This document shows, piece after piece, positions 7,937 through 17,200 of a stretch of DNA of 64,000 nucleotides. The position numbers and the translations under genes were made by a program. The stretch lies in assembly GCA_001602415.1 (NCBI GenBank), contig CP012155.1, positions 1,718,718 through 1,782,717 of the forward strand, in the 5' to 3' direction. The notes under the pieces were generated by a model. The model did no database searches. It saw nothing but the letters and a program-made list of their open reading frames with translations, and had not been told where the DNA came from. This DNA is from Bacteroidetes bacterium UKL13-3. Its GTDB lineage: Bacteria > Bacteroidota > Bacteroidia > UKL13-3. How positions within the stretch are numbered: the stretch's first letter is position 1; every line of letters starts with the position of its first letter.

Positions 7937-9304
7937 ATGAACAAAAAACTAATACTAATTTTCCTGATGGGCATACTAGCTGCTTGTTCTCAGAATAAGG
8001 GTAACAAGGATGTGCCTCCTGCTCAGGTTAAATTTGCCGAACATATCGCACCTATCATTCATCAGAATTGTACAAAATGTCATATTGAAGGTGAAGCAGG
8101 TCCATTTACGCTCATAACATATCACGATGTGGCCAAGCGTGGAAAGTTGATTAAGTATATGGTGAGTGAACGTATTATGCCGCCATGGCCTGCCGATGCA
8201 TCATACTCGCACTTTGCTGATGAGATGGTGTTGAGCGATGAACAAATTGAGTTGGTCAAACGATGGGTGGATGAAGGAATGTTACCCGGAGACACAGCAA
8301 ATTTGGAACAACCAACAGCTGTGTTAAATAAAGTTCATTTCGGTAAGCCTGATTTGGTGGTACCTGTTCCAAAAATTATACTTAAAGGAGATAACCAGGA
8401 TCGGTTTTTAGTTATGAAAATACCCTATGAGATTCCAAACGATACCTTCGTGAGAGCCATTGAATTTGTAGTAGGAAACAAACGATTGGTTCACCATGTT
8501 AACACACATTTGATTCAATTTGCTGATGGAAAGAAAAAAAATGTGAATGAAGGTAAAATGTATGTTGAACAAGACCAAGCCAACAGTCAAACCATTCATA
8601 AAGAGTTAGGTATTTTGCAAGACGATGGAAGCTACCCGCGCATGACACCCAGCGTGAGCAATTATTTACCTGGAGCTTTATTTAGCTTTTATCCTCAAGA
8701 AATAGGAGGGTATACCTTATCAAAAAAAGGAGCATTCTACTTGAATGATATGCATTTTGGTCCTTCACCCATTGATGCGGTTGATTCATCTTACTACAAT
8801 ATTTATTTCGGCACTGCACCACCCAAACGTCCGGTGAGTGAATTTCAAATGGGAACATTAGGGATAACACCTGTAGAGCCACAATTGATTGTTCCTCCCA
8901 ATGAAGTTAAAACGTTTCATATTAAGGCCACAATGCCAGATGATATTTCACTCATTAGTATCGTTCCTCACATGCATTTAATTGGTAAAAAATTCTGGTC
9001 CTATGCCATTAAACCAAGTGGCGACACCATTCCGCTTATCCGAATTAACAATTGGGATTTTAGGTGGCAATATTTTTATAAGTTTAAGAAGTTGTTGAAA
9101 ATACCCAAAGGAACCACCATTTATGTTGAAGGTGTTTTTGACAATACTGCAAGTAACCCCAATAATCCATTTTCTCCACCCCAAGAAATTAGGGAGCGCA
9201 ATGGCAGCATGAAAACCACAGATGAAATGTTTCAGCTCATTGTTACGTATGTTCCATATCAAAAAGGTGATGAGGCGTTTGATTTGGAGAATGCAAAGCG
9301 GTGA
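7937..9304 (+). CDS. lipoprotein with N-terminal c-type heme motif (PSCyt1-like) and C-terminal copper type-II ascorbate-dependent monooxygenase-like (PHM/DBH) domain
   Basis: Lipobox MNKKLILIFLMGILAACSQ. CTKCH heme-binding motif followed by ...IMPPWPAD...LVKRWVDEGM. His clusters HHVNTH and HMHLIGK spaced as in the CuH/CuM sites of PHM-like monooxygenases. Confidence 0.6.
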   Translation: MNKKLILIFLMGILAACSQNKGNKDVPPAQVKFAEHIAPIIHQNCTKCHIEGEAGPFTLITYHDVAKRGKLIKYMVSERIMPPWPADASYSHFADEMVLSDEQIELVKRWVDEGMLPGDTANLEQPTAVLNKVHFGKPDLVVPVPKIILKGDNQDRFLVMKIPYEIPNDTFVRAIEFVVGNKRLVHHVNTHLIQFADGKKKNVNEGKMYVEQDQANSQTIHKELGILQDDGSYPRMTPSVSNYLPGALFSFYPQEIGGYTLSKKGAFYLNDMHFGPSPIDAVDSSYYNIYFGTAPPKRPVSEFQMGTLGITPVEPQLIVPPNEVKTFHIKATMPDDISLISIVPHMHLIGKKFWSYAIKPSGDTIPLIRINNWDFRWQYFYKFKKLLKIPKGTTIYVEGVFDNTASNPNNPFSPPQEIRERNGSMKTTDEMFQLIVTYVPYQKGDEAFDLENAKR

Positions 9305-9361
9305 ACAAATTAACAGTTGAATCGGGTAACTTCAGACTAACTGATTCGACTGTTACTACTT

Positions 9362-10129
9362 TTATGCCTTCCTATGAATCACACTCGCAATGGGTTGCGC
9401 AGTTGGCATGATGGTAAGTTCGTTAATGTTTATATGCGGAGGGCGCGAAAGTGCAAACCAAATAGCTTCGGCAATATCTTGCGCTACCAAGTTTTCAAAT
9501 CCGGTATAAACAGTTTTAGCACGTTCGGCATCACCATGGAAACGTACAATGCTAAACTCAGTTTCTACGGCTCCTGGATGTATCGCTGTAACTTTTATAG
9601 GGTATTGCGCCAAATCAATTCGCATGGCTTTGTTTAATGCGTCAACTGCATGTTTGGTGGCACAGTATACATTTCCATTGGCATACACTTCTTTGCCTGC
9701 AATACTTCCAATATTAATAATATGACCTTTGCCATTTGCAATCATTAATGGCGTAACGTTTCGAGTTACATACAACAACCCTTTTACGTTGGTATCAATC
9801 ATTACATCCCAATCATCAATATCACCTTTTTCAATTGGCGCCAAACCACTTGCCAAACCCGCATTATTAATGAGTACTTCAATACCTTTCCAACCTTCAG
9901 GCAATTGCTCAATTGTTTGTGTAACATCCAATCTGTTTCTTACATCCAATATGCGTATTAAAGAGTTGCAGTTATACTGTTTATAAAGCGTATCGGCTAG
10001 CAATGCGAGTTTATCTTCCCTGCGGGCAATTAATAATAAATCAAATTCGTTGGCTGCTAAAATATGAGCAGTTGCCACGCCAATTCCGGCCGAAGCTCCT
10101 GTAATACATGCAATGCGTTTAGTTGACAT
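9362..10129 (-). CDS. SDR family NAD(P)-dependent oxidoreductase
   Basis: TGASAGIG Rossmann motif, NNAG, and a Y...K catalytic pair (YCATK). Confidence 0.85.
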   Translation of the reverse strand: MSTKRIACITGASAGIGVATAHILAANEFDLLLIARREDKLALLADTLYKQYNCNSLIRILDVRNRLDVTQTIEQLPEGWKGIEVLINNAGLASGLAPIEKGDIDDWDVMIDTNVKGLLYVTRNVTPLMIANGKGHIINIGSIAGKEVYANGNVYCATKHAVDALNKAMRIDLAQYPIKVTAIHPGAVETEFSIVRFHGDAERAKTVYTGFENLVAQDIAEAIWFALSRPPHININELTIMPTAQPIASVIHRKA

Positions 10130-10206
10130 GGTAATTTTTTTTGGTGGGTAAAAATAATAGAATATTTGAGTGGGTTGGTTATTTTTACAAGATTAAAAAT
10201 CGAATC

Positions 10207-10587
10207 ATGAATTATACTATCGAAAAAAATGATCAGTATTCGTTAATTAAAACCGACCTAACTGCTTTTAATAAAGAGACATGTGCTAAGCTTCGCGAGA
10301 AGGTATTGCACGAAGTTGCCAGTAGTAGCAAATATGTTATCGTAAATATTTCGGGTGTAAATGAATGTAATGCAGATGGCACTAGAGAGCTTATTCAATT
10401 AGGAGTTGATTTGCAAGAGAATGATGGATTGTTAATTTTAACACATGCCAATGATCAGTTTACCCGATTGTTTAACAAGGCAGATATTACTTTTATTCCG
10501 ACAGATGTTGAAGCTGTTGATTTTGTGTTTATGGATCAGTTGGAAAAACAGTTTTTAAATATGACGGACGATGATTTGAGCCTATGA
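10207..10587 (+). CDS. STAS domain protein (anti-sigma-factor antagonist-like)
   Basis: About 126 aa from MNYTIEKND. STAS-like topology (VIVNISGVNECNADGTRELIQL). Its stop overlaps the rnz start (ATGA). Confidence 0.55.
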   Translation: MNYTIEKNDQYSLIKTDLTAFNKETCAKLREKVLHEVASSSKYVIVNISGVNECNADGTRELIQLGVDLQENDGLLILTHANDQFTRLFNKADITFIPTDVEAVDFVFMDQLEKQFLNMTDDDLSL

Positions 10588-11501
10588 GTATTGAACTAAC
10601 GATTTTAGGCAACAGTTCGGCTACACCCACGCTTAATAGGTTTCCTTCGGCACAGTACCTCAATATGCTCGATCACCACATATTGATTGATTGTGGTGAG
10701 GGAACACAAATGCAGTTGCGTAAATACAAGATTAAAAAATCAAAACTGCATTATATTTTTATAAGCCATGTGCATGGCGATCACATACTCGGATTGCCGG
10801 GATTAATTTTTTCGATGAACCTAAACAGTAGGCTTGAACCCCTTCATATTTTTGGTCCGGCAAGCTTGTTTGAAATATTAGATATGTTTCTCAAACATTC
10901 AGATACACGTTTACGATTTGACATAGTTAAACACATCACAGATGATTCTAAACGGGAAGTTATTTTTGAAAACATGCTCATCAAGGTAACGTCATTCCCT
11001 TTATATCATAGAATTCCCACCACAGGTTTTATTTTTGAAGAACAATCTCGCTTACGTAAGTTAAATATTGAAGCGTGCGAACGTTACCACATACCGTTTA
11101 CTTTTTATAATGATATTAAACGAGGGAAGGATTTTATTAGTGCAGATGGGAAAACAGAAATTAGTAATGAAAAATTGACTTATGATTCAGGTCTACCCAT
11201 AAGATATGCTTATTGTTCTGATACAATCTATGATAAAAGGGTTATTAATGAGGTACGTGATGTAGATTGGTTATATCATGAATCAACTTTTTTGCATGAA
11301 AAACTTGAACGAGCCATTGAAACCAAACATACAACAGCCAAACAAGCCGGAATGGTTGCCAAAGAGGCTAATGTAAAAAACTTACTCATTGGGCACTTTT
11401 CATCCCGATACGAAGACTTAAACGAGCTATTGGAGGAGGCCAAAACAGAATTTCCACAAACAGAAATTGCCGAAGAGGGCATTACGTTTGTGTTCGAATA
11501 A
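10584..11501 (+). CDS. rnz: ribonuclease Z (tRNA 3' endonuclease)
   Basis: Metallo-beta-lactamase motif SHVHGDH; length 305 aa; ILGNSSATPT N-terminus typical of RNase Z. Confidence 0.85.
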   Translation: MSIELTILGNSSATPTLNRFPSAQYLNMLDHHILIDCGEGTQMQLRKYKIKKSKLHYIFISHVHGDHILGLPGLIFSMNLNSRLEPLHIFGPASLFEILDMFLKHSDTRLRFDIVKHITDDSKREVIFENMLIKVTSFPLYHRIPTTGFIFEEQSRLRKLNIEACERYHIPFTFYNDIKRGKDFISADGKTEISNEKLTYDSGLPIRYAYCSDTIYDKRVINEVRDVDWLYHESTFLHEKLERAIETKHTTAKQAGMVAKEANVKNLLIGHFSSRYEDLNELLEEAKTEFPQTEIAEEGITFVFE

Positions 11502-11518
11502 GAATAAAGGTTTTCCGG

Positions 11519-14407
11519 TTATGCAGTTAACTTCTCTTTTAGGTATTTTCCGGTATAGCTTTCTTTTACTTTAATTAACTCTTCGGGTGTTCCTTCAAAC
11601 ACCAAATTTCCACCTTTATCGCCCGCTTCCGGACCTAAATCTACAACCCAATCGGCACATTTGATTACATCCATATTGTGTTCAATAACAATAATGGAAT
11701 TGCCTTGGTTAATTAATGCATCAAAGGATGCAAGTAGTTTTTTGATATCGTTGAAGTGCAACCCCGTAGTAGGTTCATCAAAAATAAACAATACATGATC
11801 ACTGTTTTTTCCACGACCTAAAAATGAAGCTAATTTTACACGTTGTGCTTCACCTCCTGATAGTGTATTGGATGATTGTCCGAGTTGAACATAGCCCAAT
11901 CCAACATCTTGTAATGGTTTAATTTTATTGGTGATGGAAGTTTCTTCTGTAAAAAAAGCAATGGCCTCATCTACGCTCATGTTCAGAACATCGCTAATAT
12001 GTTTGCCGTGCACTTTTACGTCCAAAATTTCTTCTTTAAAACGGGCACCTTTGCATTCTTCACATGGCAAATGTATGTCAGCCATAAACTGCATTTCAAT
12101 AGTTACCTCGCCTTCGCCTTGACAGGTTTCACAACGTCCGCCATCTACATTAAACGAAAAATGCTGGGGTTTATAGCCTCGGCTTTTTGAGATGGCTTGT
12201 GATGCATAAAGTTCACGGATGGTATCGTAGGCTTTTATATAGGTAATTGGATTTGAGCGAGATGATTTTCCGATAGGATTTTGATCAACCATCTCAATTT
12301 GTTTAATGCTTTTTACATTTCCTTCCAAACTATCATGAGCTCCCGTTTTTTCACCATTGTATGTGCCTAATTGTTTTTGTAATGCTGGATATAAAATAGT
12401 TTTAACCAAGGATGTTTTACCCGAACCAGAAACACCTGTAACCACTGTTAATACATGTAATGGAAAACGAGCATCTACACCTTTTAAGTTATGCTGCCGA
12501 GCTCCCTTGATTGTGATGAAATCACTCGCTTTTCTGCGTTTTTCAGGAACAGGAACCTCTTCTTTTCCACTTAAATATTTTCCTGTAAGACTGTTTTTGT
12601 TCTGCAATACTTCTTTAAAAGTACCTTGTGCAATGAGCTGTCCTCCGTTTACTCCAGCCTCAGGTCCTATATCAATTAATTGGTCGGCAACTTTCATGAG
12701 GTCTTCATCATGTTCAACAACAACAACTGTATTGCCAATATCACGAAGTTTCTCCAATACGCCAATGAGTTTTTCGGTATCGCGCGAGTGCAATCCGATA
12801 CTTGGCTCATCCAAAATATACAACGAACCAACAAGGCTGCTTCCTAGTGAAGTGGCTAGGTTTATGCGTTGCGATTCACCTCCCGAAAGTGTGTTTGATA
12901 AACGATTGAGTGATAAATATCCCAGACCTACATTTTGCAAAAAACTTAACCGTGAAGAGATTTCGGTGAGAATACGTTTGGCAATGGAAGCGTGTTGTTC
13001 GCTCAAGCTTAAAGAGCTAAAGTAAATGACCGCTTCGTCAATACTCATTAACAAAATTTCGGATAAGGAACGAAAATCATTCATGCTACCTTTCTTGATG
13101 GCAGTATTTACAATGCGAACATAGTTGGCATCTTTACGCAAGCGAGTTCCTTTGCAATCTGGGCAAGTAGTTTTTCCGCGGTATCTCGCCAACATTACGC
13201 GGTACTGAATTTTGTATGTTTGACGTTCTAAGTCTTTAAAAAAGCCGTTTATTCCTTCCCATGTTGCATCGCCTTGCCACAAAAAATCTTTTTGAGCGGT
13301 GGTTAATTCGTGATACGCTTTGTGAATGGGGAATTTGTTTTTAACACTGAGTTTAATGAAATGAGCTTTCCATTCACTCATTTTTTCACCTTTCCAAGGC
13401 ACAATTGCATCGGCATAAATGGAGATACTTTTATCGGGCACAACCAAATCTTCATCAATACCAATTACCGAACCAAATCCCTCACAGGTTTTACAAGCTC
13501 CGTATGGATTGTTGAAACTAAAAAAGTTTACGTTCGGTTCCTCGAAGGTTATTCCATCCAACTCAAATTTATTGCTAAAATACTCTTGCGTGTATGAGCC
13601 ATCTTCTTGCACAATGTGTATGGAACATTCCCCGTGACCTTCAAAAAAGGCTGTTTGAACAGAGTCGGCTAATCTGTTTTGAAAATCTTCATCATTGTGA
13701 ATGATAGCAAAACGGTCAATCAATAAGAATAAATTGAGATTTGAGATTTGAGAATTAGGATTTGTGCTATCTGATTTTTTTGTTTTCGGATTTTGAATTT
13801 CCGATTTCGTATTTTCTTCTAGGTACTCTTCAATATCAACAGGTTTTTCGTCTATTAATAACCTAGAGAATCCATTCTGCAAATAAATTTCGAGTTGCTT
13901 TTTTAAGTCATTTTCGGGAGTTATGGGAACAACCAACAACACACGGGTATCTTCCACTAAGGCCAATAATTTATTCACTACACCTTCAACAGTATCACGT
14001 TTAACTTCTTTACCCGAAACAGGAGAGAAGGTAACACCTGCGCGGGCAAACAAAAGTTTTAGGTAATCATAAATTTCGGTGGTGGTAGCAACTGTTGAGC
14101 GAGGGTTGCGTGTATTTACCTTTTGCTCGATGGCAATTGCTGGCGAGATACCGTGAATATAATCAACATCGGGTTTGTTCATCTTGCCCAAAAACTGACG
14201 CGCATAAGCCGATAAACTTTCTACATATCGCCTTTGTCCTTCGGCATACAGCGTATCAAAAACCAATGATGATTTACCCGAGCCAGAAACGCCTGTTACT
14301 ACAGTGAGCTGATTGCGAGGAATGGTAACATCTATATTTTTTAGGTTGTGCACTCGTGCACCTTTGATAACGATGTCTTTGGTTTTTTGTTCGCTCTTAA
14401 ATTTCAT
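11519..14407 (-). CDS. uvrA: excinuclease ABC subunit A
   Basis: Two ABC ATPase modules (GVSGSGKSSL twice), zinc-finger Cys clusters and LSGGE signatures. Likely start MKFKSEQ (14407); an upstream ATG lies at 14431. Confidence 0.9.
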   Translation of the reverse strand: MKFKSEQKTKDIVIKGARVHNLKNIDVTIPRNQLTVVTGVSGSGKSSLVFDTLYAEGQRRYVESLSAYARQFLGKMNKPDVDYIHGISPAIAIEQKVNTRNPRSTVATTTEIYDYLKLLFARAGVTFSPVSGKEVKRDTVEGVVNKLLALVEDTRVLLVVPITPENDLKKQLEIYLQNGFSRLLIDEKPVDIEEYLEENTKSEIQNPKTKKSDSTNPNSQISNLNLFLLIDRFAIIHNDEDFQNRLADSVQTAFFEGHGECSIHIVQEDGSYTQEYFSNKFELDGITFEEPNVNFFSFNNPYGACKTCEGFGSVIGIDEDLVVPDKSISIYADAIVPWKGEKMSEWKAHFIKLSVKNKFPIHKAYHELTTAQKDFLWQGDATWEGINGFFKDLERQTYKIQYRVMLARYRGKTTCPDCKGTRLRKDANYVRIVNTAIKKGSMNDFRSLSEILLMSIDEAVIYFSSLSLSEQHASIAKRILTEISSRLSFLQNVGLGYLSLNRLSNTLSGGESQRINLATSLGSSLVGSLYILDEPSIGLHSRDTEKLIGVLEKLRDIGNTVVVVEHDEDLMKVADQLIDIGPEAGVNGGQLIAQGTFKEVLQNKNSLTGKYLSGKEEVPVPEKRRKASDFITIKGARQHNLKGVDARFPLHVLTVVTGVSGSGKTSLVKTILYPALQKQLGTYNGEKTGAHDSLEGNVKSIKQIEMVDQNPIGKSSRSNPITYIKAYDTIRELYASQAISKSRGYKPQHFSFNVDGGRCETCQGEGEVTIEMQFMADIHLPCEECKGARFKEEILDVKVHGKHISDVLNMSVDEAIAFFTEETSITNKIKPLQDVGLGYVQLGQSSNTLSGGEAQRVKLASFLGRGKNSDHVLFIFDEPTTGLHFNDIKKLLASFDALINQGNSIIVIEHNMDVIKCADWVVDLGPEAGDKGGNLVFEGTPEELIKVKESYTGKYLKEKLTA

Positions 14408-14694
14408 TCGTGCAGTAAATATACTCTTCAAAGAAAAGGTTTTGAACGCTATTTAGTTTTACTGTTTGTGCACGGTGAACAATTTTTGTTTAGAATAAAT
14501 GCTAGCAATATTTAGGCAGAGTAGGCGCTAACGATACTATTCGATAATTTAAGAAAAAATTAAGTTTTATATTTTCTGTTTTTTATCATACATTCGAATC
14601 ACCAATAAAACCATTACCCTAAACAACCACACGCTTATAGACACAATTCTACACTAATTTTTTCTCTGAGTTCAACCTTTTAATAGTACAACCT

Positions 14695-15273
14695 ATGAAT
14701 GACCAGAAGATTAGTGATCAAGAATTGATCCGTCTGTATCAACAAGGTAATGAGGCATGCCTCGAAACTTTAATTAAACGCCACCAACGCAATGTGTACA
14801 CCGCAATTTATTTGCTTGTTCGCAACCGTGCGCTTTCTGAAGATATTTTTCAGGAAGCTTTCATTAAAATCATCCACACCATTCGTTCGGATAAGTATAA
14901 TGAGGAAGGAAAATTTGCTCCTTGGGCAGCACGTATTGCCCGTAATCTCACTATTGATTACATCCGAAAAATGAAGAGAGATGTTACCATTACCGATAGC
15001 GAAGGCAATGATATTTTTAACTATATCACCATTGCAGAAGAGTCAAATGAGGATAAGATGATTCGTAGCCAGTCGGAACACAATGTGCGTCAATTGGTAA
15101 AGCGGTTACCAGAAGAGCAACGCCAGGTATTGATTATGCGCCAGTGGGGAAATATGAGTTTTCAGGAAATTGCTGATGCAACAGGAGTAAGTATTAATAC
15201 TGCTCTAGGCAGAATGCGTTATGCATTGAACAACTTACGTAAAATGATGGAACAGCAAAAGATAAGGGTTTAG
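14695..15273 (+). CDS. ECF-type RNA polymerase sigma-70 factor
   Basis: Region 2 (QEAFIKIIH, FAPWAARIARN) and region 4 (SFQEIADATGVSINTALGRM). Confidence 0.8.
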   Translation: MNDQKISDQELIRLYQQGNEACLETLIKRHQRNVYTAIYLLVRNRALSEDIFQEAFIKIIHTIRSDKYNEEGKFAPWAARIARNLTIDYIRKMKRDVTITDSEGNDIFNYITIAEESNEDKMIRSQSEHNVRQLVKRLPEEQRQVLIMRQWGNMSFQEIADATGVSINTALGRMRYALNNLRKMMEQQKIRV

Positions 15274-15384
15274 TTTTAATAATCAGTTTATTGCATGTGT
15301 TTTTAAAAAATTGTAGGGGTACACCACAATAAGTTTTAACTGTAGTCCGTTTTGGTAGTAAATAACATATTTACCATTTCGCCT

Positions 15385-15615
15385 ATGTCTGAAATTTACA
15401 TCGCAAACGATTTAATCCGTTACATTTATAAAGAAACCTCAGCCGAGGAAAACGTTCATATTCAGCACCTGCTTCAACATCATTTACAAGCTATAGAAGA
15501 ATACAAAGAACTTTCGGGAACTATTGGTTCATTAGAAAGTGTTGCATTGAACGCACATCCAACTTCTATCAGTTTGATACTGGAACATTTCCATCAGCAG
15601 GCTGAACTAATTTAA
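15385..15615 (+). CDS. small hypothetical protein downstream of the ECF sigma factor (possible anti-sigma partner)
   Basis: 76-aa ORF; position-based inference only. Confidence 0.3.
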   Translation: MSEIYIANDLIRYIYKETSAEENVHIQHLLQHHLQAIEEYKELSGTIGSLESVALNAHPTSISLILEHFHQQAELI

Positions 15616-15682
15616 AAACTTTTTAAGTTGTTTTGATTGATAACCTCTACAGTTCATTCTGTAGGGGTTTTACCATTTTGGG

Positions 15683-16327
15683 GTGTCTTATTTGTCACCG
15701 TCATGCAGCTATTTTGTTTCATTGGTTGTCGATATATCCAAACAACACAAATACAAGCGTGATGCATTGATTAAACATGTTTACCATAGAAGGCAATTGC
15801 TAACAGATGATAAAGAACTCATTCGGGCGTGTTTAGCTGAGAACAGATCAGCTCAGAGCATGCTGTACAATCGTTTTGCTCCTAAGATGTTAGGAGTCTG
15901 TTATCGTTATGCCCAAACTATAGCTGAGGCAGAGGATATTTTACAAGATGGATTTATAAAAGTTTTTAATAACCTGTCATCATTTCGTTTAGAATCGTCA
16001 CTTGAAACATGGATCACACGTATTATGGTTAATACAGCCCTTAATCACCTGCGAAGTACCAAAAAGTTTAAGTTGGAAGGCGATCTAGATGTACTTGACA
16101 CATCAACTGAAATTGTGAGTTTACAACAACATAATATGTATGTGAATGTGGTGATGCAATGCATACACGAACTTCCAACGGGGTATTGTGTGGTGTTAAA
16201 TATGTTTGCCATTAAAGGATACTCACACGCTGAAATTCCGAAAGAATTGGGCATCAAAGAAAGTTTATCACGATCTCAATACTTAAGAGCAAAAGCCTTG
16301 CTCGAAAAAAGCTTGATGGTTTATTAG
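15683..16327 (+). CDS. ECF-type RNA polymerase sigma-70 factor (second copy)
   Basis: Sigma-70 region 2 (ILQDGFIKVF, ETWITRIMVNTALNHLR) and region 4 (YSHAEIPKELGIKESLSRSQ). The true start may lie downstream of 15683. Confidence 0.75.
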   Translation: MSYLSPSCSYFVSLVVDISKQHKYKRDALIKHVYHRRQLLTDDKELIRACLAENRSAQSMLYNRFAPKMLGVCYRYAQTIAEAEDILQDGFIKVFNNLSSFRLESSLETWITRIMVNTALNHLRSTKKFKLEGDLDVLDTSTEIVSLQQHNMYVNVVMQCIHELPTGYCVVLNMFAIKGYSHAEIPKELGIKESLSRSQYLRAKALLEKSLMVY

Positions 16328-16345
16328 AAATACCTCTGTCGAAGT

Positions 16346-17200
16346 ATGGAAAAAGATAAATTACCGGAATGGCTGAAAGGGCAGGCTCAGCAGTTTGAAT
16401 TACCCCCTCAACAAGGTTTATTTGACGTGATGATGCGCAAACGCGAACAACAGCGCAAGCAGCGTTACCTTATGGTGTGGCTTACTCGCGCGGCTTTGAT
16501 TGCCATTGTTATGAGTGTTTCAATCTGGTATGCCAATCAACGCTCAGACCATGTTGATACTGCTAAACGAGCCACTCAACTCCAAAAACGTTCAAATAGC
16601 ACATTACCCTCAACAAATATTCGTAAACTTAAATCATCCGATAAAATCAAAACGAAAGAACATACTATACTCCCTGAAACAATTAATAAAAAGAGAGAAA
16701 AGGGTAATTTTAAAGTACATACAAACATTGGTGTAATGCAAGCTGAAACAGAGGTATTGGCGGTAACACCCATAAACAATGAGTTAGTTAGTGAAACCAA
16801 AATACTGCCAGTAGCGGAAACAAGAAATACAGTTACTTTGAGTGAAAGGGTAATGAACAAAAATTCTGCAGCTGTTCTTGTCGACACCTCTCAATCAATA
16901 GCTAAAACGGATACAATCTATCCAATTCTCACAGATGTTTCAATACCAACAGTATACACTGTTCCACCAAAACAACAATCTTATTTGAGCATCACGGGAA
17001 TATATACTGCTCAACTGATGCACAGTATTTATAATGCCAATAGTGATGCATCCTTAAGTTGGATGAGGAAGTATATTGAAAACGGGCCCAGTTATTCAAA
17101 TCCAAGTGTTTTAATGATGTTTTCAATTTGCCAATCCTCAACTGGGTTGTACTCGTTTTTTAAATCAGCAGAAAATACTCTTGCTAAGCCTTGCCAATAA
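16346..17200 (+). CDS. single-pass membrane protein, putative anti-sigma factor; low-complexity extracytoplasmic tail
   Basis: Cytoplasmic N-terminus, one TM (LMVWLTRAALIAIVMSVSIWYA), S/T/N-rich tail; 19 bp after the sigma gene. Its last 109 bp overlap the convergent gene at 17092-17619, so the true 3' end is uncertain. Confidence 0.45.
   Translation: MEKDKLPEWLKGQAQQFELPPQQGLFDVMMRKREQQRKQRYLMVWLTRAALIAIVMSVSIWYANQRSDHVDTAKRATQLQKRSNSTLPSTNIRKLKSSDKIKTKEHTILPETINKKREKGNFKVHTNIGVMQAETEVLAVTPINNELVSETKILPVAETRNTVTLSERVMNKNSAAVLVDTSQSIAKTDTIYPILTDVSIPTVYTVPPKQQSYLSITGIYTAQLMHSIYNANSDASLSWMRKYIENGPSYSNPSVLMMFSICQSSTGLYSFFKSAENTLAKPCQ

Noticed and set aside
7606-7998. Five overlapping six-frame ORFs (7606-7974 -, 7650-7919 -, 7703-7933 -, 7734-7937 +, 7789-7998 +) encoding QTANSK or CCLLFAV repeats
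   Set aside because: They are translation artifacts of the CAAACAG heptamer array. The repetitive peptides appear in every frame, and the true gene starts at 7937 with a clear lipoprotein signal.
12357-13025. 222-aa plus-strand ORF
   Set aside because: Entirely antisense within uvrA, which is strongly supported by ABC motifs. Large GC-poor genes commonly carry long antisense ORFs.
13734-13766. GAGATTTGAGATTTGAGAATT element inside uvrA as a disruptive insertion
   Set aside because: The reading frame is intact through it, and the encoded linker sits in the known variable insertion region of UvrA, so the gene is not disrupted. It is kept only as part of the motif-family finding.
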